This document shows, piece after piece, positions 8,331-18,929 of a stretch of DNA of 64,000 nucleotides (the stretch's first letter is position 1; every line of letters begins with the position of its first letter). The DNA is from Gemmatimonadales bacterium (GTDB lineage: Bacteria > Gemmatimonadota > Gemmatimonadetes > Gemmatimonadales > GWC2-71-9): NCBI GenBank assembly GCA_035631315.1, contig DASQIZ010000069.1, positions 409 through 64,408 on the forward strand. Reading direction: 5' to 3'. Under the pieces are notes generated by a model. That model ran no database searches, was not told the DNA's origin, and was given only the letters and a program-made list of their open reading frames with translations. The translations under genes were made by a program, and so were the position numbers.

Positions 8331-9583
8331 CTGGTTATCAGGCGGGCACTGCGGTCGTAGAAGAAGTAGTCCCAGGCCCAGTCGAGCAGGACGAACAGCT
8401 TGTTGCGGAACCCGATCAGCTGGATGATGTGCACCACCAGCCAGACCACCCAGGCAGGAAATCCCGTGAATGCCAATCCCCGGATATCGGCGACGGCCGC
8501 GTTCCGCCCGATGGTCGCCAGCACGCCGGGGTCCCGGTACTGGAACGGGCGCGGCTCCTCCCCGGCGATCTGGCGCCGGATGTTCGCGACCACCGACCGG
8601 GCCATCTGAATAGCGACGGGCGCGAGCATGGGCAGCACTTGGCCCTCGATTTCGAGATGGGCCGAATCGCCGATCACGAACGCCCGCTCGTCCCCAGGCA
8701 GGCGAAGGGCGGTATCGACGGCGACGCGCCCCTGCCGGAGCGGCTTCACGCCGACCATGGGAGCGAGCGCGACGGCCTCGACGCCGGCAGCCCAGATGAG
8801 CGTCCTGGTGGGGATCACTTCCCCGCCGGCGATCCGCGCCCGCTCGCCATCGAATCCTTCCACCGCCGTGCCGAACCGTACTTCGACGTGCTTCTTCCAG
8901 AGCATGTCGGCGGTGGGCTGGGAGAATCGGGCGCGCATGCCGGGCAGCAGGCGCTGTCCGGCTTCGAGGAGCAGGATGCGCGTGTCCTGAATGTTGAGGG
9001 CCTGCGTATCCCGAGACAGCACGAGCCGGATCAACTCGGCGAGGGCGCCCGCCATCTCCACGCCGGTCGGTCCCCCGCCCACCACCAGAAACGTGAGCAG
9101 CATCCGCCGCCGTTCGAGGTCAGGCTCGAGGACTGCCTGCTCGATGCAGGAGAGGACGTGATTGCGGATGTTGACGGCATCGGAGAGCCCCTTCAGGCCG
9201 AGGGCATTCCGGGCAAGGCTGTCGATGCCGAAGTAGTTGGTGCGGCCGCCGGTGGCGAGGATGAGGTAGTCGTAGACAACGTCACCCGCGGACGTGTGCA
9301 CTACCCGCGCGGCGCGGTCTACGCCCGTCATCTCGGCCATGCGGAACTCGAAGTTCTTCTGGCCCCGGAGAATCCGGCGCACGGGGCGCGCGATGGATGA
9401 GGGTTCGAGCCCCGCCATGGCGACCTGATAGAGCAGCGGCTGGAAGAGGTGGTAGTTATTGCGGTCGATCAGCACGAGGTGAACCGGAGCCCGGCCGAGG
9501 GCCTTGGCGGCTTCGAGGCCGCCAAAGCCCGCGCCGACGATCACGACTGTCGGAGTTCCAGCGGTCCGGGCCGTGCCGGCCAT
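8324..9583 (-). CDS. ndh: type II NADH dehydrogenase (NDH-2, FAD/NAD(P)-binding oxidoreductase)
   Basis: VVIVGAGFGGLEAAKAL dinucleotide fold, a second GGGPTGVE motif, typical length 419 aa. Confidence 0.85.
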   Translation of the reverse strand: MAGTARTAGTPTVVIVGAGFGGLEAAKALGRAPVHLVLIDRNNYHLFQPLLYQVAMAGLEPSSIARPVRRILRGQKNFEFRMAEMTGVDRAARVVHTSAGDVVYDYLILATGGRTNYFGIDSLARNALGLKGLSDAVNIRNHVLSCIEQAVLEPDLERRRMLLTFLVVGGGPTGVEMAGALAELIRLVLSRDTQALNIQDTRILLLEAGQRLLPGMRARFSQPTADMLWKKHVEVRFGTAVEGFDGERARIAGGEVIPTRTLIWAAGVEAVALAPMVGVKPLRQGRVAVDTALRLPGDERAFVIGDSAHLEIEGQVLPMLAPVAIQMARSVVANIRRQIAGEEPRPFQYRDPGVLATIGRNAAVADIRGLAFTGFPAWVVWLVVHIIQLIGFRNKLFVLLDWAWDYFFYDRSARLITRD

Positions 9584-9586
9584 GGA

Positions 9587-9910
9587 TTACTCGAGGACGA
9601 CCGCCGTCCCGTAACAGAGCACTTCAGTGGCCGCGGAGCGCGCCCCGCCGATCTCGGAGGCGTCGTAGCTGACGCCCAGGATGGCGTTGGCCCCCATTTC
9701 GCGCGCGTGCGTGATCATCAGATCGTACGCGGTCTGCCGCGCCTGCTCGCACATCTCCGTGTAGGCGCCGATGTTGCCGCCCACGATGGACTTCAATCCG
9801 CCCAGGATGCCCTGACTGATGGTGGGTGCGCGGACGATGATGCCTCGCACCAGGCCTTTGTACTCCCGGACGCGCCGCCCTTCGACGGCGAACGTAGTGG
9901 ACACGATCAT
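9587..9910 (-). CDS. ybjQ: YbjQ/UPF0145 family protein
   Basis: The C-terminal 107 aa of track ORF 9587..10375 (MIVSTTFAVEGRRV..YGTAVVLE) match the YbjQ family. The upstream part of that ORF is antisense to panD. Confidence 0.8.
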   Translation of the reverse strand: MIVSTTFAVEGRRVREYKGLVRGIIVRAPTISQGILGGLKSIVGGNIGAYTEMCEQARQTAYDLMITHAREMGANAILGVSYDASEIGGARSAATEVLCYGTAVVLE

Positions 9911-9948
9911 CGAGGACGCGAGGGCCACGAAACCTCCTTGGTGAGGAA

Positions 9949-10350
9949 TCAGTCGGACTCGGACAGGATGGCGATGTCTTTGGATTGGTCGGCGGTGATG
10001 CGCTCGCGAACCTTGTTCTTGGCGTCGAGCAGGACGATGACGGGCTGGTGCGGTTTCGCCTCGTCGGGAGTGTACTGGGCGTAGGCGATGATGATCACGT
10101 GGTCGCCAGGATGCACCAGGCGGGCCGCGGCGCCGTTGACGCAGATGGTGCCCGAGCCCCGCTTGCCCGAGATGGTGTAGGTCTCGAACCGGTTTCCGTT
10201 GTTGACGTCGACCACCTGCACGCGCTCGAAGGGGATGATGCCCGCGGACTCGAGGAGCTCGGCGTCGATGGTGATCGAGCCTTCGTAATGGAGCTCGGCC
10301 TGTGTCACGGTGGCGCGATGAAGCTTGGCCTTGCAGAGCGTCAAGAACAT
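9949..10350 (-). CDS. panD: aspartate 1-decarboxylase
   Basis: [29 protein letters not shown].. is a classic PanD, including the GS self-processing site. Confidence 0.9.
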   Translation of the reverse strand: MFLTLCKAKLHRATVTQAELHYEGSITIDAELLESAGIIPFERVQVVDVNNGNRFETYTISGKRGSGTICVNGAAARLVHPGDHVIIIAYAQYTPDEAKPHQPVIVLLDAKNKVRERITADQSKDIAILSESD

Positions 10351-10421
10351 GGATTGAAGATAGCAGGGGGACCAAGTATCATCCGTCGGGCTTTCCTGGA
10401 CGCCCTTTCCGGGGAGACGTG

Positions 10422-11099
10422 ATGTCGTCGACGCAGTCCCTCACCCGCTCGCTCATCGGCCGGAAGGTGCTCATGGCCGTCACGGGCGTGGTGCTTCTGC
10501 TCTTCGTTCTCGCGCACATGGCCGGCAACCTGCATTTCTTCGAGGGCCCCAAGGCCATCGCGGATTATGCGCTGTTCCTGCGCACCGTCGGTGCGCCGGT
10601 GCTCGGCTACGGGCAGGCGCTCTGGATCGTCCGGATCGTGCTCATCGTGTCCGTCCTCGTGCACATCTGGGCGGCCTGGTCCGTGACGCGGGCCTCCCGG
10701 GCCGCCCGACCGGTGGGCTACAAACAGCTCGAGAAGGTCGAAACGACGTACGCCGCGCGCACCATGCGCTGGGGGGGCGTCATCATCTTCGCCTTCGTCG
10801 TATTCCATCTGCTGGACCTGACGTTCGGCTCTGCGAATCCCTCCTACGTGCACCTCGATCCCTATCACAACATGGTCGCGAGCTTTGGCCGGTGGCCGGT
10901 CGCCGTCAGCTACCTGATCGCCATGGGCGTGCTCTGCCTGCACATGTACCACGGGATCTACTCGGGCTTTCAGACGCTGGGACTGAACCATCCCCGGTAT
11001 AACCGGTTCCGGCGGGGGTTGGCGGGCGCGTATGCCATCATCGTGGCGGCCGGGTTCGCCGCGGTGCCCGTTTCGATTCTCGCGGGTTGGATGAGGTAA
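10422..11099 (+). CDS. sdhC: succinate dehydrogenase/fumarate reductase cytochrome b subunit (b558 type)
   Basis: Five-TM haem-b subunit directly upstream of sdhA/B. Start set at ATG 10422 ([15 protein letters not shown]). Confidence 0.8.
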   Translation: MSSTQSLTRSLIGRKVLMAVTGVVLLLFVLAHMAGNLHFFEGPKAIADYALFLRTVGAPVLGYGQALWIVRIVLIVSVLVHIWAAWSVTRASRAARPVGYKQLEKVETTYAARTMRWGGVIIFAFVVFHLLDLTFGSANPSYVHLDPYHNMVASFGRWPVAVSYLIAMGVLCLHMYHGIYSGFQTLGLNHPRYNRFRRGLAGAYAIIVAAGFAAVPVSILAGWMR

Positions 11100-11101
11100 T
11101 C

Positions 11102-13012
11102 GTGGAGCTCAAGAGCGCCGTCCCCGAGGGACCGATCGCCGAGAAGTGGGAGCGCCATCGCTTCGAGATGAAGCTGGTGAATCCGGCGAACAAGCGGAAA
11201 CACTCGATCATCGTGGTGGGCTCCGGGCTCGCGGGGGCATCCGCCGCGGCCTCGATGGCGGAGCTGGGCTATCAGGTCTCGTGTTTCTGCTTCCAGGATT
11301 CGCCCCGCCGCGCCCACTCGATCGCGGCGCAGGGCGGCATCAACGCCGCCAAGAACTATCCGAACGACGGCGACTCGGTCTACCGGCTCTTCTATGACAC
11401 GGTGAAGGGCGGTGACTTCCGCTCGCGCGAAGCCAACGTCTATCGCCTGGCGCAGATCTCGGTGCAGATCATCGATCAGTGCGCCGCGCAGGGTGTGCCG
11501 TTCGCCCGCGAGTATGGCGGCCTGCTTGCCAACCGGTCGTTCGGCGGCGCGCAGGTCTCCCGCACGTTCTACGCCCGCGGCCAGACCGGACAGCAGCTCC
11601 TCCTCGGTGCCTACCAGGCGCTGTCCCGGCAAATCGGGCTGGGCGGGGTGAAGATGCACCCGCGCACCGAGATGCTGGACATCATCGTGGTGAACGGCCA
11701 GGCGCGCGGCATCGTGGTCCGGGATCTCGTGTCGGGCCAGATCAGCTCGCACGTCGCCGACGCGGTGGTGCTGGCGACGGGCGGGTACAGCAACGTCTAC
11801 TTCCTGTCGACCAACGCGAAGGGCTGCAACGTCACCGCCACCTGGCGGGCGCACAAGCGCGGCGCGCTCTTTGCGAACCCCTGCTATACGCAGATCCATC
11901 CCACCTGCATTCCCGTGCACGGCGACCATCAGTCCAAGTTGACGCTGATGAGCGAGTCCCTCCGCAATGACGGCCGGGTGTGGGTGCCGAAGGCCAAGGG
12001 AGATTCCCGCTCACCCGCGCAGATTCCAGACGCCGAGCGCGACTACTACCTCGAGCGGATGTATCCGTCGTTCGGCAATCTGGTCCCCCGCGACGTTGCG
12101 AGCCGGCGCGCGAAGGACATGTGCGACGACGGACTGGGGATCGGCGGCGGGCATCAGGTCTACCTGGACTTCCGGGATGCGGTGAAGCGCCTTGGCCCCA
12201 CGGTGGTGGCGGAGCGGTACGGCAACCTCTTCGAGATGTACCAGCGCATCACCGGCGAGGACCCCTATCAGGTGCCGATGCGCATTTACCCCGCCCCGCA
12301 TTACACCATGGGTGGGCTCTGGGTGGACTACAACCTGATGAGCACCATTCCGGGCCTGCACGTCATCGGGGAGGCGAACTTTTCGGATCATGGCGCGAAC
12401 CGGCTCGGCGCGAGCGCGCTGATGCAGGGTCTGGCGGACGGCTACTTCGTGATCCCCTACACCATCGGCAACTATGTCGCGCAGGCCAAGCTGCCTCCCG
12501 TTTCGACGTCGGATCCGGAGGTCAAGAAGGTCGAAGCCGAGGTGACGGAAAAGATCAAGAAGCTCCTGGCCATCAACGGCACCAAGAGCGTCGACGCGTT
12601 CCACCGCGAGCTGGGCCGGCTGATGTGGGATCAGTGCGGCATGTCGCGGAACCGCGCGGGGCTCGAGTCGGCCATCGACAAGGTCCGGGCCATGCGAGAG
12701 CGCTTCTGGAAGGATGTATTTGTGGCGGGCGCCGGTGAGGACCTGAATCAATCGCTCGAGAAGGCGGGCCGCGTGGCGGACTTCTTCGAATTCGCGGAGC
12801 TGATGTGCGAGGACGCGCTGCACCGGGAAGAATCGTGTGGTGCGCACTTCCGCGAAGAGTACCAGACGCCCGACGGTGAAGCCAAGCGCGATGATGCGCG
12901 CTTCTCATTCGTTTCGGCCTGGGAGTTCGCCGGGGTCGGCGCGGCGCCGAAACTCTCCAAGGAGCCGCTCGAGTTCGACTACGTCCATCTGGCCCAACGG
13001 AGCTACAAGTGA
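11102..13012 (+). CDS. sdhA: succinate dehydrogenase/fumarate reductase flavoprotein subunit
   Basis: [17 protein letters not shown] fold and the HPTCIP.. region. GTG 11102 is preferred (GAGG 6 nt upstream); the track start is TTG 11087. Confidence 0.9.
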   Translation: MELKSAVPEGPIAEKWERHRFEMKLVNPANKRKHSIIVVGSGLAGASAAASMAELGYQVSCFCFQDSPRRAHSIAAQGGINAAKNYPNDGDSVYRLFYDTVKGGDFRSREANVYRLAQISVQIIDQCAAQGVPFAREYGGLLANRSFGGAQVSRTFYARGQTGQQLLLGAYQALSRQIGLGGVKMHPRTEMLDIIVVNGQARGIVVRDLVSGQISSHVADAVVLATGGYSNVYFLSTNAKGCNVTATWRAHKRGALFANPCYTQIHPTCIPVHGDHQSKLTLMSESLRNDGRVWVPKAKGDSRSPAQIPDAERDYYLERMYPSFGNLVPRDVASRRAKDMCDDGLGIGGGHQVYLDFRDAVKRLGPTVVAERYGNLFEMYQRITGEDPYQVPMRIYPAPHYTMGGLWVDYNLMSTIPGLHVIGEANFSDHGANRLGASALMQGLADGYFVIPYTIGNYVAQAKLPPVSTSDPEVKKVEAEVTEKIKKLLAINGTKSVDAFHRELGRLMWDQCGMSRNRAGLESAIDKVRAMRERFWKDVFVAGAGEDLNQSLEKAGRVADFFEFAELMCEDALHREESCGAHFREEYQTPDGEAKRDDARFSFVSAWEFAGVGAAPKLSKEPLEFDYVHLAQRSYK

Positions 13013-13785
13013 AGCTCGTCCTCCACGTGTGGCGTCAGGCGGGACCACAGGCCAAGGGCGACTTCGTCCGCTACGAGGTGCCCGACGCCTCGCCGGACAT
13101 CTCGTTCCTCGAGCTTTTGGACCTGCTGAACGAGTCTTTGATCGCCCGGCGGATGGAACCGATCGCCTTCGACCACGATTGCCGAGAAGGAATTTGCGGA
13201 AGCTGTGGCGTGGTGATCAATGGCCGGCCCCATGGCCCCCAGCGGCACACGACGGCCTGCCAGCTGCATCTCCGGAGCTTCCAGGACGGCCAGGAGATCT
13301 GGGTCGAGCCCTGGCGCGCGAAGGCATTTCCGCTGGTGAAGGACCTGGTCGTGGACCGGAGCGCATTCGACCGGGTGATCCAGTCGGGGGGCTTCATCAC
13401 TGCGCGGACCGGCAGTGCGCCTGACGCAAATGCGGTGCTCGTGCCCAAGCGGGATTCCGACCTCGCCATGGACGCCGCGCAGTGCATCGGGTGCGGCGCC
13501 TGCGTCGCCGCGTGCCCGAACGCCTCGGCGACCTTGTTCGTGGCGGCCAAGGTGAGCCACCTCGGACTCCTGCCCCAGGGACAGCCCGAGCGGTACTCGC
13601 GCGTGGTGAAGATGGTCGAGACGATGGATGCGGAGGGATTCGGCGCCTGCACCAATCATGGCGAGTGCATGGCTGCCTGCCCGAAGGGCATCAGCGTGGA
13701 CTTCATTGCGCGGCTGAACCGCGACTACCTGAAGGCCACTCTGGCGCCCCCGCCGGAGGGCGCCGGGTGGAGTGGCGCCGCCTAG
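13009..13785 (+). CDS. sdhB: succinate dehydrogenase/fumarate reductase iron-sulfur subunit
   Basis: Cys clusters [38 protein letters not shown] overlap with sdhA. Confidence 0.9.
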   Translation: MKLVLHVWRQAGPQAKGDFVRYEVPDASPDISFLELLDLLNESLIARRMEPIAFDHDCREGICGSCGVVINGRPHGPQRHTTACQLHLRSFQDGQEIWVEPWRAKAFPLVKDLVVDRSAFDRVIQSGGFITARTGSAPDANAVLVPKRDSDLAMDAAQCIGCGACVAACPNASATLFVAAKVSHLGLLPQGQPERYSRVVKMVETMDAEGFGACTNHGECMAACPKGISVDFIARLNRDYLKATLAPPPEGAGWSGAA

Positions 13786-14711
13786 AGCGACACCGCCTTC
13801 ATCGTATCGAGCACCGATTGGGCCGACTTCGCGAGGTCGGCCTTTTCATTGGCGGACAGCTCGACGGTCACGATCTGCTCGAGCCCCTTCCGGCCGATCT
13901 TGCAGGGCACGCCCGAGTACATCCCCTTGAGTCCGTACTCCCCTTCGAGCCACGCCGAGCACGGCAGGATGCGCTTCTGGTCCTTCACGATCGCCTCGAC
14001 CATCTCGGCCGCGGCGGCCGAGGGAGCGTAGTAGGCCGAGCCGGTCTTCAAGTACTGCACGATCTCCGCGCCCCCATTCCGGGTGCGCGTCACGATCGCG
14101 TCGATCTTGTCCTTGGCCAGGAGTTGGGTGACGGGGATCCCGGCCACCGTCGTGCAGGAGATCAACGGCACCATCGTGTCGCCGTGGCCACCCAGCACCA
14201 TCGCCTGGATGTCCTTCACCGATACATCGAGCGCCTCGGCCAGGAACGCCCGATACCGTGCCGTGTCCAGCACGCCCGCCATTCCGATCACCCGCTCGCG
14301 CGGAAAGCCGGTGACCTGTTTCGTCACCCAGCACATCACGTCCAGGGGATTCGAGATCACGACCACAATCGCGTTCGGTGAAGCCTTCTTGATCTCCCCC
14401 GAAACCGCCTTCACGATATCGGCGTTGGTGCGGACGAGATCGTCACGGCTCATGCCGGGCTTGCGGGCGATCCCGGCGGTGACGACGAAGACCTCACTGC
14501 CCTGCGCCGCCGAGTAGTCGTTCGCTCCGATGACGCGGGTGTCGAAGCCCTCGATGGGCGCGGACTCCCACTGATCGAGCCCCTTCCCCTGCGGCACCCC
14601 TTCGACGACGTCCACCAGAACGATGGTCCGGGCCAGCTCCTTCTCGGCCAGGCGCTGAGCCGCCGTCGCGCCGACGTTGCCCGCACCGACCACCGTGATC
14701 TTGTTCAGCAT
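13782..14711 (-). CDS. mdh: malate dehydrogenase (LDH-like family)
   Basis: [15 protein letters not shown].., [16 protein letters not shown] motifs. Confidence 0.9.
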   Translation of the reverse strand: MLNKITVVGAGNVGATAAQRLAEKELARTIVLVDVVEGVPQGKGLDQWESAPIEGFDTRVIGANDYSAAQGSEVFVVTAGIARKPGMSRDDLVRTNADIVKAVSGEIKKASPNAIVVVISNPLDVMCWVTKQVTGFPRERVIGMAGVLDTARYRAFLAEALDVSVKDIQAMVLGGHGDTMVPLISCTTVAGIPVTQLLAKDKIDAIVTRTRNGGAEIVQYLKTGSAYYAPSAAAAEMVEAIVKDQKRILPCSAWLEGEYGLKGMYSGVPCKIGRKGLEQIVTVELSANEKADLAKSAQSVLDTMKAVSL

Positions 14712-14759
14712 TTGATGAAATCCCTGGAATGGGTGCGCGCGAAAGCTAACATCACGCGC

Positions 14760-15671
14760 CTAGTGATGCGCGCGGAGACTGTCGGCCGCGGGCGTGAGCT
14801 GCGTGACCTGGTAGTTCTCGATCCGGTATGCCACCGAGTCACGGGCCCGCGTGGCCCAGTAAGAACCGGACGTCGAGTCAAGGGTGAGCGACAGCACAGG
14901 CGCCCCTCCCTTCCCGCGCACGGTCACAGTGCGTTGCCCGCGCGCCGACCCATGCCGGAGTGAATCGGCGGTGTGTGGACCGCCGAATCCCTGCGCGTCG
15001 AGGGTCCGGAACTGCGCCAGGAGTACGCCCATCTTCATCGAATCGGCCTTCTGACCCTCCACGGTCCACCCTTTGGCCTGCCGCTGGACTGTGAAATGCC
15101 TGCCATGCAATCCGATCTCGATGGACTCGATGGAATCTGGAGCGATCGTGGCGATGCGACGGTCGCGCCAGACGTCGGGCCCGCGCTGGACGAGGTACGG
15201 CATCGTGCCGCGCCAGAGATATGCCGTATCGGACTTCGGCAGACGGACGTACGCCGTACCGTATTCCGAGCCGGTCTTGCCGATGAGCAACGTGAAGCGG
15301 GGCTGCGCGGCGGGTCCGACGCGGAGGGTCCAAGCCGTGCTGTCCAGCCCCATCCGGCCGAATGACGACGGACTGATGGACGCAACGTCCCGCGGCGACG
15401 TATCACCGATCGCCCTGAGTAGCTCAGTGCCCTTCCCGGGTGTGGCCGGGAAGCCATTTGCCGTCCAGACGCTTGGAGCGACTTGGGCCAACCGGACGGT
15501 GTCACGCCCGTGGATGATGGCGATGGTGTCCGTCAGGGTCGCCGGCAGGGCCGGCAGGGCAAGCGACCCCCGCACCTTGTCGGAGCGATGGCTGGCGAGC
15601 GCCGAGAGACCCCAGAGCGCGAGCAGGACGACGACGGCGATGGCGAGACGACGCAGCTGAACACTGCTCAT
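14760..15671 (-). CDS. DUF4340-like exported protein (accessory to gld-type ABC module)
   Basis: N-terminal TM/signal segment. ATGA-coupled downstream of the GldG-like gene, which is the usual position of DUF4340 proteins. Confidence 0.5.
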   Translation of the reverse strand: MSSVQLRRLAIAVVVLLALWGLSALASHRSDKVRGSLALPALPATLTDTIAIIHGRDTVRLAQVAPSVWTANGFPATPGKGTELLRAIGDTSPRDVASISPSSFGRMGLDSTAWTLRVGPAAQPRFTLLIGKTGSEYGTAYVRLPKSDTAYLWRGTMPYLVQRGPDVWRDRRIATIAPDSIESIEIGLHGRHFTVQRQAKGWTVEGQKADSMKMGVLLAQFRTLDAQGFGGPHTADSLRHGSARGQRTVTVRGKGGAPVLSLTLDSTSGSYWATRARDSVAYRIENYQVTQLTPAADSLRAHH

Positions 15672-17893
15672 GCTGCCGCCTGGGCGAGCGGCCGATAGGG
15701 CTGTCGCGTGCGGGCCCGGCGGCGCGCGAGCCGCAGGAATCCAAATATCGCCACCACGACGGGAACACCGATGATGTTCCCGTAGCGCACTACCCCACGG
15801 AGGGCGGCGCTGGTGAAGGCCAGGGGCGGCGGTGTGCGATCCTTGGACCGGATGCTGATCAGCGCCTCGTCCTGCGCGAGCCAGTCGATGGCGTTCAGGA
15901 CGAAGACGGCATTCTCGGGAGAGTTTTGCGCGAAGTGATCACTCGCAAAGTCCCCGTTGCCTACCACCACGAGGCGGCCTGAACCGGCAGCCTTCGGTTG
16001 TATCTGTACCGCCAGGAGCCGCTGGGCGGTGTTGTTGCGCGAAAAGTCCTGTTGGGGCGACAACATCGCGCTCTGCTGCATCAGCCCGGCGAGCTTCGAG
16101 GTCACGAGCAGCGGGGTCACGGTCCCCTTCGCGGCTCCGGTGGTGTCGATCGAGCTGGTCCACGGCAGGAGTACGGCCGAAAGCTCGGCGTCGATCACCG
16201 ATTTCTTGGTCGAGATGCCGCGGGGCCAGAGCGGATAGGGCAGCACAACCTGTCCGAACTGACTCGGTAAGCCCACCTGCGCGTTGGCTGCGATATCGTA
16301 GACCAGGTCCGACTTGATGGTCACGCCCAGGGGCCGGGTGAGCGCATTCCACCCGACGGGGCGCGACATGGCGAATTGCCCCTGGGGCGCGCGCGACATT
16401 CCCGCTGCCATCAGCAGTACGTTGCCGCCGCGCGCGAGGAACGATTGCAGCGGCGCGAGCTGCGCCGGCGGCAGCGAGTCGACGGACCCCGAAAGCACCA
16501 GCACTTTGGCCTGAGCCGGAATGGTGCTGTCGGTCGCGAGCTGAATGGTGCGCAGGTCGTAACTCCGTCCCAGCGCCTCCTGCACCGCGCCGAAGGTGGC
16601 ATCCTGCGACTGCGGTCCTCCCTCGGCAGGCGCGCGAATCCATCCCAGGACCGGCTTTGTGGTTTGCGTGAGCTCGCGAATGAACGAGGTGAGGCGGTAT
16701 TCCAGGTCGTCGGACTTCCGAATGAAGGGGATCGACCTGGTCCCGTTCGCGAATTGGACCGCGAGGCCGAGGTATCCCTCCTTCATCTGCAGCGACCCCT
16801 GACCAACCACGTTGAACTGCACGGGAGGGATCTGCAGCGCTTCCGCCTGGCGGGCGGCGGCGGAATCGTGCGTCGGATCCATCATGACGATGCGCACGTT
16901 CCCCCGCCCCGCGGACCGGTAGTCGCCCAGCAGGTCGTCGACGTCGCGCTTCAGGAACGCGATTTCGGGAGGCAGCGAGCTCGACGCGAAGAGCTTGATG
17001 GTCACGAGGTCGGGCAGCTGATGCAGCATGTCCTTGGTTGCGCGCGAGAGGCTGAACTGACCACCGGGCGTGAGATCGAGCCGGCCTCCGATGTGCCGGC
17101 CGAACAAGTTCAGCACCACGAGTCCAATCACCGCGAGGCTCGTCCCGAGCCGCAGCCGCCGGATCTCCTCCCCGGCAGGCGCAAGCTTTCGAGCGGCGAT
17201 GGCGAGGTATGCGAGCGCCAGGAACACGCCAGCGAGCGTCACGAAGTAGATCCCATCACGAAGATCGATCACCCCCCGTGCGATCTGCTGGAAGTGCGGC
17301 AGCACTCCGAGTGAAGCCGCGATATCCCCCAGGGCGGCGGGCAGACCAACCAGCAGCGGATCGAGTCCGAGCAAGATCAGGGCGAACATCACGAGCACAC
17401 TCACGATGAACGCCGTCACCTGGTTCCTGGTTACACTCGACGACCAGACCCCGACTCCAGCCAGTCCGGCGCTCATGAGGAACGCCCCGAAGTACTGGGC
17501 GATGAGCACGCCGATATCCTGATGGGCCCCAAATGCCAGGCCGAGGGGAATCGTGATCGTCGCGGCGAGGGCGATCCACAGGAAGAACACCTGCCCGAGG
17601 TACTTCCCGATCAGCAGCTCGAGCTCGGTGACCGGCTGCGCCAGAACCACCTCGATGATTCCCGACCGCGTGTCCTCGGCCAGCGCACGCATCGTGACCG
17701 CGGGCACCAGGAACAGGAGAAGCCACGGCAACAAGTCGAGCATGGGCCGAAGGGACGCGGCACCGTAGAGCTCGATCTGACGGAAGCAGAGGAAGTCGTT
17801 TACGCCCAGGAAGACGACCAGCAGGATGTAGGCGGTGGGCTGGTCGAACAGCGCGCGGAGCTCGCGGCGGGCGATGGCTTTGATGGCGTTCAT
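15668..17893 (-). CDS. fused ABC-2 permease (GldF-like) / GldG-like auxiliary component
   Basis: N-terminal 6-TM ABC-2 permease, a large periplasmic domain, and a C-terminal TM. Start set at ATG 17893 (MNAIKAIARREL), ATGA-coupled to the ATPase gene. Confidence 0.7.
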   Translation of the reverse strand: MNAIKAIARRELRALFDQPTAYILLVVFLGVNDFLCFRQIELYGAASLRPMLDLLPWLLLFLVPAVTMRALAEDTRSGIIEVVLAQPVTELELLIGKYLGQVFFLWIALAATITIPLGLAFGAHQDIGVLIAQYFGAFLMSAGLAGVGVWSSSVTRNQVTAFIVSVLVMFALILLGLDPLLVGLPAALGDIAASLGVLPHFQQIARGVIDLRDGIYFVTLAGVFLALAYLAIAARKLAPAGEEIRRLRLGTSLAVIGLVVLNLFGRHIGGRLDLTPGGQFSLSRATKDMLHQLPDLVTIKLFASSSLPPEIAFLKRDVDDLLGDYRSAGRGNVRIVMMDPTHDSAAARQAEALQIPPVQFNVVGQGSLQMKEGYLGLAVQFANGTRSIPFIRKSDDLEYRLTSFIRELTQTTKPVLGWIRAPAEGGPQSQDATFGAVQEALGRSYDLRTIQLATDSTIPAQAKVLVLSGSVDSLPPAQLAPLQSFLARGGNVLLMAAGMSRAPQGQFAMSRPVGWNALTRPLGVTIKSDLVYDIAANAQVGLPSQFGQVVLPYPLWPRGISTKKSVIDAELSAVLLPWTSSIDTTGAAKGTVTPLLVTSKLAGLMQQSAMLSPQQDFSRNNTAQRLLAVQIQPKAAGSGRLVVVGNGDFASDHFAQNSPENAVFVLNAIDWLAQDEALISIRSKDRTPPPLAFTSAALRGVVRYGNIIGVPVVVAIFGFLRLARRRARTRQPYRPLAQAAA

Positions 17894-18834
17894 TCCGCGG
17901 CCCCCGGCGCGGCCGTCAGCTGCCGGAAGAGCGCTTCGAGGCTCCCCTGCTCCTGATGAAGCTCGTACAGGGTCCACCCTTCGCGGGTGGCCAGCGCGAA
18001 GATCTCGGGGCGGAGGTCCTGGTCCGAGCTGACCGACAGGGTCACCCGGGTGCGGCCCGACGGTGTGGTCAGGGGCTCCGCAGCGGTGACGCCGGCGAGG
18101 GTGCCCAGCTTCTGGGCGATGCCGGCACCCGCCGCCTCCACCGTGATCTGTACTCCTCCTTCGGCCCGCTGCAGCAACGTATCCACGCCGCCATCGGCCA
18201 CGATCTTCCCCTGACTGATGATCAGGAGTCGCGAACAGCTCTGCCGGACCTCCGACAGAACATGCGTCGAGAGCACGACCGTGCGGTCGCGCCCCAGATC
18301 GGAAATGAGATGTCGGATTTCCACGCGTTGATTCGGATCCAGGCCTTCGGTCGGCTCGTCCAGCACGAGTAGATCGGGCTTGTGGAGGATGGCCTGCGCC
18401 AACCCGGTCCGTTGCCGGAATCCCTTCGAGAGCTCGCCAATGGGACGGTAGAACACCGGTTCGAGACCGGTCGACGCGACCGCCTCATCCAGGGCCCGGA
18501 TTCGCTCGGCACCTCTGATCTCACGCAAATCCGCAATGAATGACAGGTAATCGGCGACCAGCATGTCGGCATAGAGCGGGTTGCTTTCCGGCAGGTAGCC
18601 GATGCGGCGCTTCGACGCGATGGCGTCGGTGCCGACCGCCGTGCCGTCGAGCGCGATGGTGCCGCGATCGGGTTCGAGGAACTGGGTGATCATCCGCATG
18701 GTGGTCGATTTCCCGGCACCATTCGGGCCGAGAAAGCCCACCACTTCACCGCGGTCGACCGTGAACGAGATATCGTCGACCGCGGTCACACCATCGAACC
18801 GCTTCGCGACGTTTTGCAATGTGAGCAAGGACAT
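17890..18834 (-). CDS. ABC transporter ATP-binding protein (GldA-like)
   Basis: Walker A GPNGAGKST, signature LSKGFRQR, Walker B LLVLDEP. Start at ATG 18834; the 117 Arg-rich upstream codons are rejected. Confidence 0.85.
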   Translation of the reverse strand: MSLLTLQNVAKRFDGVTAVDDISFTVDRGEVVGFLGPNGAGKSTTMRMITQFLEPDRGTIALDGTAVGTDAIASKRRIGYLPESNPLYADMLVADYLSFIADLREIRGAERIRALDEAVASTGLEPVFYRPIGELSKGFRQRTGLAQAILHKPDLLVLDEPTEGLDPNQRVEIRHLISDLGRDRTVVLSTHVLSEVRQSCSRLLIISQGKIVADGGVDTLLQRAEGGVQITVEAAGAGIAQKLGTLAGVTAAEPLTTPSGRTRVTLSVSSDQDLRPEIFALATREGWTLYELHQEQGSLEALFRQLTAAPGAAE

Positions 18835-18929
18835 GGCGTGTGGAGTTACCGGTGGAGTCGCCGAGCATCGTAACCAGTCCCGGCGCTGGATGGAAGGCGT
18901 TTCGAGCCGAAGCGGCGGCCCGTGCGCGA

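Noticed and set aside
9587-10375. 262-aa track ORF suggesting a large protein
   Set aside because: Only the C-terminal 107 aa (YbjQ family, from ATG 9910) look real. The upstream part runs antisense through panD and is Arg-rich.
13782-13785. Convergent sdhB and mdh stop codons sharing one CTAG (also 49715..49718)
   Set aside because: This is a real observation, but it is a trivial consequence of TAG stops on both strands in a compact genome and is not a system in itself.
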